Below are positions 30,961-42,570 of a DNA stretch of 64,000 bases, one piece after another (position 1 is the first letter of the stretch; every line of letters starts with the position of its first letter). Source of the stretch: the human T2T-CHM13v2.0 reference genome, Homo sapiens; NCBI RefSeq assembly GCF_009914755.1, contig NC_060929.1. The stretch is one strand, 5' to 3'. The notes below the pieces were generated by a model. The model saw only the letters and a list, made by a program, of their open reading frames with translations. It did no database searches and was not told the origin of the DNA. A program made the position numbers and the translations under genes.

Positions 30961-33658
30961 AAGGCAGACAGATAAATATCAGTAAAAAGCAGATAAAATT
31001 GAGGATATATTTGTATTTGAAGAGCTTTTTAAAGCCATGTTTTCTTTTCCTCAACCAGTTTCAAATAAGCAGCCAATACTTTATCAGGAACTAATTCATC
31101 CACCTCAGAATGGATATTCACACCCAAATTGCTGTGCTTTCAAAAGCTTTTTAACCTCTTGTTTGTTGCTAGCACTTTCCCAGTGGAAAGAATTTGATGC
31201 CATTTCCGCACACCCAAATTCCTGTTGGCAGGATAATCAGCAAGTAATACAGAGAGCTGCTTCCTTCAACAAATGCATTCAGCACAAAACCGAGGGCCGA
31301 TTATGTGGAGAAATATCCTTCAGAGGTAAGGCATCAGGTAAAGGCATCAGTGATCTTTTCCATGCATTCCAAATACTGTATTGGATCAAACTGGAGCAGC
31401 ATCATTCTCTACAGCTGTGCTGGCAACAGACAGACACAAATGAACTATTTAATATGGCAAAATGCACAGCTGTTTGAGGCTTCTATTATTAGCACCAGTT
31501 CTCGACTCACTGGGAAAACTCTTCTTCAACTTGTTAATGCGACAGTTTTATTTGTTTGGACGCAGCTTTCCATTATCATTCTTCCCACCCCAAACTTCCC
31601 TTTATCCCCAAGATGTCTCCAGACAGAGGTGTTTCCAGCTGGCCCCAGTTCAGCTGATCTCCAGTCTGTCTGCCCATGAGAGTCCCAGGAGAGCATGCCG
31701 TCTAACTAAGCCGCCTGGGCTTTGCTCTGGACCCCTAAGGAGTCCCTACAGGTCAGGTCTTCCCTGCTCCATCCAGAGAGGGGCCCCTCTCATACTGCAG
31801 AATGCTCGAAGTCCACAAATGTTCATTCTCCCCTTCGTTACTAGTAGAACTCACTCAGTTAAGGCTGAGCTCACGGTAGGCAACCTCAAACTCTCAGTGG
31901 CTTATCAAAAAAGTCATTTATTTTTCTTGCAGGCTGGTGGAGGCCGCTCTGCTTCAAGCTGTGAGCCGAGTCAGGGCTGCTTCACTTGTCTCTCATCCTC
32001 TGGACCAGTGACCACCTGGGGTGGCAACAGGGCCAGAGGACGAGCAGAGACACAAGAGGCCTCCTAAGGCCTCAGCTCAGAACTAACAAACTCGCTTCTG
32101 CCCACATTCCATTGGCCAAAGCCCTGCATGAGTTGTGGAAAAGTACTCTCCACTTTGGTGAACATTAGTAAGAGAAAAGAGGGAAGGAAGAATTGCAGGC
32201 AAGTAATACCATCTACCTCGGCCTCCTATGCAGCTTGGTGTGTACCTGCACCTAAGTTCTGGCCTGTAGGATATGAGGGGAAGTGAGGTGTGCAACTCCA
32301 GGACCTGCCCCTGTAAAGACTGGGCCCTGCCTTTCCCCTGCCCATCTGCTGGGGACATGGTAGGACTGCAGCAGTTGCCTGGCCCAGAGATAGACGGCAC
32401 AGCTATCCTGCTGGTCCTACCTCTAGACCGCCACATGTACCTCACTTACACTGCTTGGGTTTTGCATCTTAAAACCCCAATTAGCACACCATTCATTCAT
32501 TCATTCCCCCATCAACAAGTATGTACTGAGTGTCTTTTTGCCAGGCATTGCACTAGGTTTTGGAGAGATGACAGTGAACAAAAACAAACTTGGCTGTTCT
32601 GTATCTTGGCTGTGGCAGTGGTTACACAAGCCTACACATGTGATAAAACTGCATAGAACTAAATACACACACACAGAGGAATGCCAGTCAAACTGGGAAT
32701 TAAAGAATCAAAAAGTCACTGGTGACTCAACATGGCAGCAGTCCAGCTCAACCATACAGATGACAGCAGTGTGCTGAAGTATGACAAAGGAATGATTTAA
32801 AAGGAATTGAGGCAGAGCTGCCAGGCAGGCATGCTCACCTTGGACTTTGAAGCAAGAGAGACATAAATAAAGGTCTTTGTTCTGTAAGTAGAGTGTTCAT
32901 ATAATTTATCATCCAAACTGAGACACCTGTGAAAATAATTACACTGGAACAACTTGTGTGACTGATCAGCTGGTCACTCCATCTTTAAGTCATTGTCTTG
33001 TTGAGTCTGTTATCAGAGCCCATGGAGTGCCATGCATGGACAGCTTATTTAGGCACAACAGAGAAAAATTAAAGGGAAGGAGGAGCAAGGAAGAGTGGAA
33101 AGGATAAAGAAATGGTGAGCATTGGCAGGAAACAATGCAAGGAGAAAAGGGAACAGGAATCGGATTTTCTACTAATTTGCTGTGTGTTCCTGTGTCAGTT
33201 TATAAATTAGTGTCTATATTTACAACCGATTGGAAGAACGAACTTTTTAGATCCTCTCATCCAACAAAGCTGCAGATTTCTTTATTGAGATGGAGTTGAG
33301 AAAGCTTTAAAACAGGCCAAAGCAACATGAGGACATGTGTCATGAGAAGAGAAATGGTCTTCCATAAATTGAGTGCTGGGGAAGGCTTGGTGTAGGTAAT
33401 GTAGAGGTTCTCAAACTGTGGAGAAGCTCAAAATGTGTTCCTTTGAGCCTTGGTCTTCTAGTTAGGCCACTGTCTAAGCCACTATACAAAAAGACACCAA
33501 ACACACTGGCTTCAACAAGACAAGCCTCTGTTTCTCTTTCGGGTGACAGGAGAAGCAGAGGACTAAGCTTTCTTTTCCAAGTCATCACCTGAAAGTTGCC
33601 CCTTCACTTCTGCTCACATTGCATTGGCCAGAGACTTGAAAGGAAGCTGGGCACGTGC

Positions 33659-34622
33659 TGTGGGGAAAAGAAAGAGAGATCAGATTGTTACTGTGTCTGT
33701 ATAGAAAGAAGTAGACGTAGGAGACTCCATTCTGTTCTGTACTAAGAAAAATTCTGCCTTGAGATTCTGTTAATCTGTGACCTTACCCCCAACCCTGTGC
33801 TCCCTGAAACGTGTGCTGTGTCAACTCAGGGTTAAATGGATTAAGGGCTGTGCAGGGTGTGCTTTGTTAAACAGATGCTTGAAGGCAGCATGCTCCTTAA
33901 GAGTCATCACCACTCCCTAATCTCAAGTACCCAGGGACACAAACACTGCGGAAGGCCGCAGGGACCTCTGCTGAGGAAAGCCAGGTATTGTCCAAGGTTT
34001 CTCCCCATGTGATAGTCTGCAATATGGCCTCATGGGAAGGGAAAGACCTGACCGTCCCCCAGCCCGACACCCGTAAAGGGTCTGTGCTGAGGAGGATTAG
34101 TATAAGAGGAAGGCATGCCTCTTGCAGTTGAGACAAGAGGAAGGCATCTGTCTCCTGCCCGTCCCTGGGCAATGGAATGTCTCGGTATAAAACCCAATTT
34201 ACGTTCCATCTACTGAGATAGGGAAAAACCGCCTTAGGGCTGGAGGTGGGACATGCGGGCAGCAATACTGCTTTGTAAAGCATTGAGATGTTTATGTGTA
34301 TGCATATCTAAAAGCACAGCACTTGATTCTTTACCTTGTCTATGATGCAAAGACCTTTGTTCACGTGTTTGTCTGCTGACTCTCTCCCCGCTATTGTCTT
34401 GTGACCCTGACACATCCCCCTCTCGGAGAAACACCCACAAATGATCAATAAATACTAAGGGAACTCAGAGGCTGGCGGGATCCTCCATATGCTGAACGCT
34501 GGTTCCCCGGGCCCCCTTATTTCTTTCTCTATACTTTGTCTCTGTGTCTTTTTCTTTTCCAAGTCTCTCGTTCCACCTAACGAGAAACACCCACAGGTGT
34601 GGAGGGGCAACCCACCCCTTCA
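33659..34622 (+). mobile_element. HERV-K(HML-2) solo LTR, LTR5_Hs-like
   Basis: Begins TGTGGGGAAAAG and ends CCCCTTCA; 964 bp. Perfect TSD ACGTGC (33653-33658 and 34623-34628). TATAAA at 34186-34191, AATAAA at 34447-34452. Confidence 0.93.
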
Positions 34623-34820
34623 ACGTGCCCTGCCAAACCTCTGGTGGTAAGGCTTCGATTACTAAATGGAAGAAAGGGACACAGGGTGTTTTGGAGTTGA
34701 CACCTAGCTCTTTGGAGGTGACTCAGATCACTCAGGAGAGTCCGTAAGGCCCGGTGGGCAACACCCCAATCCTCCAGTCTCTACCCAAGAAGCTCCACCT
34801 TCATCTATTTGAGGGTTCTA

Positions 34821-36059
34821 TGTTGCGGGAAGTCAGGGACCCCGAATGGAAGGACCAGCTGGAGCTGTGGCAGAAGAACATAAATTGTGAAGATTTTATT
34901 TTAATATGGACATTTATCAGTTCCCAAATAATGCTTTTATAATTTCTTATGCCTGTCTTTACTTTAATCTCTTAATCCTGTTATCTTCATAAGCTGAGCA
35001 TGTATGTCACCTCAGGATCACTATGATAATTGTGTTAACTGTACAAATTGATTATAAAACGTGTGTTTGAACAATATGAAATCAGTGCACCTTGAAAAAG
35101 AACAGAATAACAGCAATTTTTAGGGAACAAGGGAAGACAACCATAAGGTCTGACTGCCTGCGGGGTCAGGCAAAAAGAGCCATATTTTTCTTCTTGCAGA
35201 GAGCCTATAAATGGACGTGCAAGTAGGGAAGATATTGCTGAATTCTTTTCCTAGCAAGGAATATTAATAATTAAGACCCTGGGAAAGGAATGCATTCCTG
35301 GGGGTAGGTCTATAAATGGCTGCTCTGGGAGTGTCTGTCCTATGCGGTAGCGATAAGGACTGAGATACGTCCTGGTCTCCTGCAGTACCCTCAGCCTTAT
35401 TAGGATTGGGAAACTCCATCCTGGTAAATTTTTGGTCAGACCGGTTCTCTGCTCTTAGACCCTGTTTTCTGTTAAGGTGTTTATCAAGACAGTACGTGCA
35501 CCACTGAACATAGACCCTTATCAGGAGTTCTGCCTTTTGCCCCTTGTCCTGTTTCCTCAGAAGCATGTGATCTTTGTTCTGCCTTTTGCCCTTTGTCCTG
35601 TTTCCTCAGAGGCATGTGATCTTTGTTCTGCCTTTTGCCCTTTGTCCTGTTTCCTCAGAGGCATGTGATCTTTGTTCTGCCTTTTGCCCTTTGTCCTGTT
35701 TCCTCAGAGGCATGTGATCTTTGTTCTGCCTTTTGCCCTTTGTCCTGTTTCCTCAGAAGCATGTGATCTTTGTTCTGCCTTTTGCCCTTTGAAGCATATG
35801 ATCTTTGTTCCTACTCCCTGTTCGTACACTCCCTCCCCTTTTGAAATCCTTAATAAAAACCTGCTGGTTTTACGGCTCAGGTGAGCATCACGGTCCTACC
35901 AATATGTGATGTCACCCCCGGTGGCCCAGCTGTAAAATTCCGCTCTTTGTACTCTTTATTTCTCAGCCGGCCAACATTTATGGAAAATAGAAAGAACCTA
36001 TGTTGAAATATTGGGGGTGGGTTCCCCCGATATCTGGCCCCTATCGGGTTCCCCCGATA
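34821..36059 (+). mobile_element. MER11 LTR (HERV-K11/HML-8) with anomalous 3' end
   Basis: Begins TGTTGCGGGAAGTCAGGGACCCCGAA, with LTR end GGGTTCCCCCGATA at 36019-36032. TSD GTTCTA at 34815-34820 and 36060-36065. Confidence 0.9.
35527..35806 (+). repeat. 49-bp tandem repeat, 5 full copies plus 1 shortened, inside MER11
   Basis: Unit GTTCTGCCTTTTGCCCTTTGTCCTGTTTCCTCAGA(A/G)GCATGTGATCTTT starts at 35527, 35576, 35625, 35674, 35723 and 35772. Confidence 0.95.
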
Positions 36060-37159
36060 GTTCTATCTAAATTTTTATCTGAAAAATAAGTTTCTCTGCT
36101 TTAAAAAAGAAACTTTGAAGACCATTTTACAGAAGAATTGGTTTGCCAAGGTGGAAAGAGAAGCTCATCAGTGACGTGACTTAGCCAAAAGCACTGGTTA
36201 TACCTCTATACCTCGGAGCCGACACTGAAAGCCCCGGCCATAGTCTTTCTGCCCCAAGGAAAGCCTGGGGTGGGGGTGGGTGATATTGTCAAGAGCCAGG
36301 CCCCAGCTCCTCATACACACAGCTCATTTGCTCTCCCTCCCAACCCCCACCTTCATACTTCTTCCACACGCATACCAAAGAAAATAAGAATCTCAAGGTT
36401 GGAAAATCCCACTTTACTTCAAGTGAAGTCACTGGGTTGTCCCCATGAAATATCTCCACAATGGGTGTGCTAGACCTTTACTCTCTGTGGCACCACCAAG
36501 ACCCCCTCACCCTGCCAGAGCCCTCTGAAGTGTACTCAGAATGGAGGGGCTGGAAGTGGGGCCAGTGGTCCTGGTAGTCAGCCTCCCCTTCTGACACAAG
36601 AATTATCGTGGAACAGCTTGTGTGACCGATCAACTGGTCTCTCCATCTTTAAGCCATTGTCTTGTTGACTCTGTTACTGCAGAGTTTGGGGAGGTCTCAT
36701 GGCTTCTCGCATCCTATTTCCTGAGCTTCCCTGAAGCCAACTTCTGGCCACTGGTATGTGATGCGAGCACAGTGCCTCCTCCTGCTCCTCCAGGAAGCTT
36801 CTGCTGATTGAACGCAGGCCAGATGGCGAGATCCGGAGCAACCTTCTTAGATCAAGGGAAGAAAGGGGCACAAGAGGGGAGTAGGTAACAAGATAAAAGG
36901 AGCTCCCTCCCTGATGACTACAGAGCCATCGTGGCAGCCCTGGGCCTCCATTTCAGACGTTCATCTTGCCTAAGCCACCACCATCAGGGTCTCAGTCAGT
37001 CATCATTCTCATTTACTCGGGTGGCTGGGCGAGGGCGGAATACTACCTTCCAGCTGTCTGAGATTAAGCAGAACAGCAGCTAAAGCAGTAACAGCAGGTC
37101 TCCTTCAGCAGCTTGCCACAGGGAAGAGGGTCCCGCGTGAACCGAACTCAACTTCCACC

Positions 37160-37216
37160 TGCGCAGAGGTAGCTACCATTTGCGTAGAGGTAGCTACCAT
37201 TTGCGTAGAGGTAGCT
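37160..37216 (+). repeat. 21-bp tandem repeat, ~2.7 copies
   Basis: TGCG(C/T)AGAGGTAGCTACCATT at 37160 and 37181, partial copy at 37202. Confidence 0.9.
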
Positions 37217-37239
37217 GGGTCTTTAAGGTTAGAGGGAAG

Positions 37240-38462
<1,223 letters not shown>

Positions 38463-38514
38463 CAACTCTTGCTGGCTCCTTGATTTTAGCCCAGTGAGAT
38501 TCACTTCTAATTTC

Positions 38515-38805
38515 TTTTTTTCTTTGAGACAGTCTGTTCTGTCACCCAGGCTGGAGTGCAGTGGCGTAATCATGGCTCACTGCAGCCTCAACCTTCCTGG
38601 ACTCAAGTGAACCTTCCACCTCAGCCTCCCAGGTAGCCGGGACTACAGGGGTGCACCAGCATGCCTGGCTAATTTTTGCATTTTTTGTAGAGATGGGGTT
38701 TCACTATGTTGCCCAGGCTGGTCTGAAACTCCTGTGCCCCAGCAATCCTCCTGCCTTGGTCTCCCAAAGTTCTGAGATTACAGGCATGAGCCACTGCGCC
38801 TGGGC
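38515..38805 (-). mobile_element. AluJ-like within an MLT1 fragment
   Basis: Antisense Alu; flanks resemble the MLT1 3' end (ttttaagccacca). Confidence 0.88.
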
Positions 38806-39070
38806 TTCCATTTCTGATTTCCAAAACTCTAGGATAATAAATTTACATTGTTTTAAGCCACCAAATTGTAGTAATCTGTTACAGCAGCAATAAGAAATGA
38901 ATACAGCCATGCTTGATAATTCCTTTATCAAAAGCTACCTATTGGTGTTAGGAAGTATTGTTTTAAATTCTAAGACAGTGTTTTCACTTTCTATCTTGTG
39001 CACTGACTACCTCATGACCCCTTAGGTACCAGTCAGGACTGGTAGACTTTAATGTGGAGAACTTCTGAAA

Positions 39071-39249
39071 CAGCAGTTCTCAAAATGTTACCTCCAGACA
39101 CACAGAATCTGCATCACCCAGGAACTTGTAACCATGCAAATTCTCAGCCACCCAGACTTCCTGCATCAGAAACTCTGGGGCCCAGCAGCCTGTGTTTTAA
39201 CAAAGCCCTTCAGGTGATTCTGACACTTGCTCAAGTTTGAGAACCGCTG
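39071..39249. mobile_element. MER5A-like hAT-Charlie MITE
   Basis: Termini CAGCAGTTCTCAAA ... TTTGAGAACCGCTG form inverted repeats; ~180 bp. Confidence 0.8.
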
Positions 39250-39562
39250 TTCTAGGAGCTGGTCCTGCAGGGAAAGGGTGGCCTCTCAGTTCAGGTTCCA
39301 GTGTGGCTGGGGGTGGGGGTCAAGGTGAGGGTTTGGTTGTTGTGTCTGACAGTCAGCCAGGCTTGAGCACACGGACTGTTTACAAGGCTGCACTTTCCAT
39401 GTTCTGGTCAGCAGTCTCCTGGTTCATTCCGTTACGAATGGACTGTCACCCCAAAATTAATGTTGAAATCTATTTCTCTATTTGGAGGTGGGGCCTTTGG
39501 GAGGTAATTAGGTCATGAGAGTGGAGCCCTCATGAATGGAATGACTGCCTAAGAGAACAGAG

Positions 39563-39849
39563 ATGGCTCACACCTGTAATCCCAGCACTTTGGGAGGCTG
39601 AGGTGGGCGGATCACGAGGTCAAGAGATCGAGACCATCCTGGCTAACACGGTGAAACCCCATCTCCACTAAAATACAAAAAATTAACCAGGTGTGGCAGC
39701 GGGTGCCTGTAGTCCCAGCTACTCAGGAGGCTGAGGCAGGAGAATGGTGTAAACCTGGGAGGCAGAGCTTTCAGTGAGCTGAGACTGCGCCACTGCACTC
39801 CAGCCTGGGCGATACGGTGAAACTGTCTCAAAAAAAAAAAAAAAAAAAG
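39563..39849 (+). mobile_element. Alu (Y/Sc-like, 5'-clipped)
   Basis: Alu consensus, TSD aagagaacagaga. Confidence 0.9.
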
Positions 39850-39976
39850 AGAACAGAGAGCTAGCTTGCTGATTTTCTGCCATATGAGGATACAGTAAGA
39901 GGGCAGCCATCTGCAACTTGTAAGATGACCCTCACCATAACGTGACCATGCTGGCACCACGATCTCAGACTTCTAA

Positions 39977-40320
<344 letters not shown>

Positions 40321-42249
40321 CATGGTATTTGTTATAGCAACCCAAGCTAAGACACTCCATGTTATGGACTGAATGCTCGTCTCCCCCCAAAGTTTCTATG
40401 CTGAGATCCTAACCCCTTTGTGATGGTAACAGGAAGTGGGAACTTTGGGAAGTAACTAATTAGGCCATGATGGTAGGGCCCTCATGAGTGGGATTAGTGG
40501 CTGTCTTAGTCCATTTTGTGCTGCTATAATAGAATACCCGAGACTGGGTAATTTATATAGAACAGATGTTTGTTCTCTCACAGCTGTTGCATTAGGGATA
40601 GATGGAAAGACTTATTTATGTATTGACTGACTGATTGATGGGGCCTTGTTCTGTTGCCTAGGCTGGAGTATAGTGGCATGATCATAGATCACTGCAGCCT
40701 CAAACTCCTGGGCTCAAGCGATCCTCCCACCTCAGCCTCCATATAGCTGGTGGGGACCAAGTTTCTAACACATGAATGTTGGGAGACACATTCAGACCAT
40801 CGCAGTGGCCTTATAAAAAGAGACACAAGAGCTTGCTCTCTGCCATGTGAGAATACCACAAGAAGACTGTCCTCAGCAAATCAGAAAGCGGGTGGACCCT
40901 CATCAGACACCAGATGTGCCTGCACCTTGATCTTGGACTTGCCAGCCTTCAGAACAGTAAGAAAGAAATGTGTGTTGTTTAAGCCACCCAGTCTATGGTA
41001 ACTTGCTATAGCAGCCCACTAGGAGACCCCAAGATATTTAAAAACTCATCAGCACCTGCTTTCTGCATCTGGACCCTGATCTTCTGGTGGGTTTACCAGT
41101 TACTTGTAGAGTGTCCCTGTGATAGTTTTAGGTGTCAACTTGACAGGATTGAGGGATGCCTAGATGGCTGGGGAAGCACTGTTTCTGAGAAGGACCATGT
41201 TTTTGGAGGAGACTGTTTTATGAGTGAATTTCAGGGGACACATTCAGATCATGGCAGTGGCATTATAAAGAGAGACACAAAAGCTTGCTCTCTCTGCCAT
41301 GTAAGACTACCACACAAAGACTGCCATCTGCAAACCAGAAGCAGGTGGGCTTTCCTCAGACACCAGATCTGCCTGCACCTTGATCTTGGACTTGCCAGCC
41401 TTCAGAACTCTAAGAAAGAAATGGTAGCATGGCTTGGTCTAAGTTGGAAGGCCTGAGAAACAAGCACATGGTGGAACTGAGTTCAAGGATAAAGACTTGA
41501 GAATACCTGCTCAGTGGACTGAGTAGGGAAGATCAACCCTCAATGTAGGCAGGCACTATCCAATCACCTGAGGGCCCAGATGGAACAAAAAGGTGGAAGA
41601 AGGGTGAATTCTCTCTTCCAGAGCTGTGACACCCTTCTCATGCCCTTGTACCACACAACTCTAGGTCCTTTGGCCTTTGGACTCTGACACTTGCACCAGT
41701 GGCCCTCTGGGGCTCTCAAGCCTTTAGCCTTGAACTTAGTTACACCATGTGCTTCCTTGTTTCTCAGGCCTTCCAACTTGGATCAGGCCATGCCACCGGC
41801 TTCTCTGATTCTCCAGCTTGCAGATGGTATATTGTGACCCTGGCATTTAATAACTATGACTTTGGTCTTAAGCAATTTTCTTCCTCTGTGGATTGATATT
41901 TACATATCAATGTGGATAATAATTTCTTACCACGGTAACTGTTGTGAGGTAAAAATGAGTTAACATAAGTAAAACCGAGCACATGCAAACCATCCGAAAT
42001 GGTTAATACTTACTATTTGTACTTGAAGAAATAAATGTTTTTGACAATAAACTTCTTGTGCAGTTTTCCTCAGCCAGTGTCAACTGAGCCGATCATTTAT
42101 GTGACAGTTTCATTACCAAATGGATGTTCTCACCACTATTTCAAGTGCAGTATGAAACTTTATTTGAAATTCTAAAAAACTAATTAATTAATTAAGGTTG
42201 TTTGGCTCTTGCAGCCTGTATTAATTTCCTAGGGCAGCCGTAACAAAGG

Positions 42250-42570
42250 AGTCACATACCACATGACATTTTGGTCAGCAGCAGGCTGCGTTTCTGACAG
42301 TACTCCATACAATTATAACACCATTATTTTTACGGTACCTTTTCTATGGTTAGATACACAAATACTTACCGTGTTACAGTTGCCTACAGTATTCAGAGTA
42401 CAGTCACATGCTGTACTGGTTTGCAGCCCCAGCGCATTAGGCCATGCCGTGCAGCCTAGCTGTGTAGTAGGCTCTCCTGGCTAGGTTTGTGAGTGTGCCC
42501 TCTATGATGTTCACACAACGGCCTAACGATGCATTTCTCACAACGTATCCACGTTAAGTGACCCATGACT
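42250..42570. mobile_element. Tigger3/MER7-like DNA transposon derivative inside an MLT1C-like LTR (42215-42990)
   Basis: tagatacacaaatacttacc...ttgcctacagtattcag...catttctcacaacgtatcc...catgact. Confidence 0.7.

Noticed and set aside
31462-32067. 201-aa plus-strand ORF
   Set aside because: Runs into MaLR-like sequence; no recognisable protein features.
35527-35806. Regular repeat array resembling CRISPR
   Set aside because: Head-to-tail units with no unique spacers, inside a retroviral LTR in primate DNA, and no cas genes.
33659-36059. Possibility that the two LTRs are ends of one provirus
   Set aside because: Different families with separate TSDs (ACGTGC versus GTTCTA) and no internal retroviral sequence between them.
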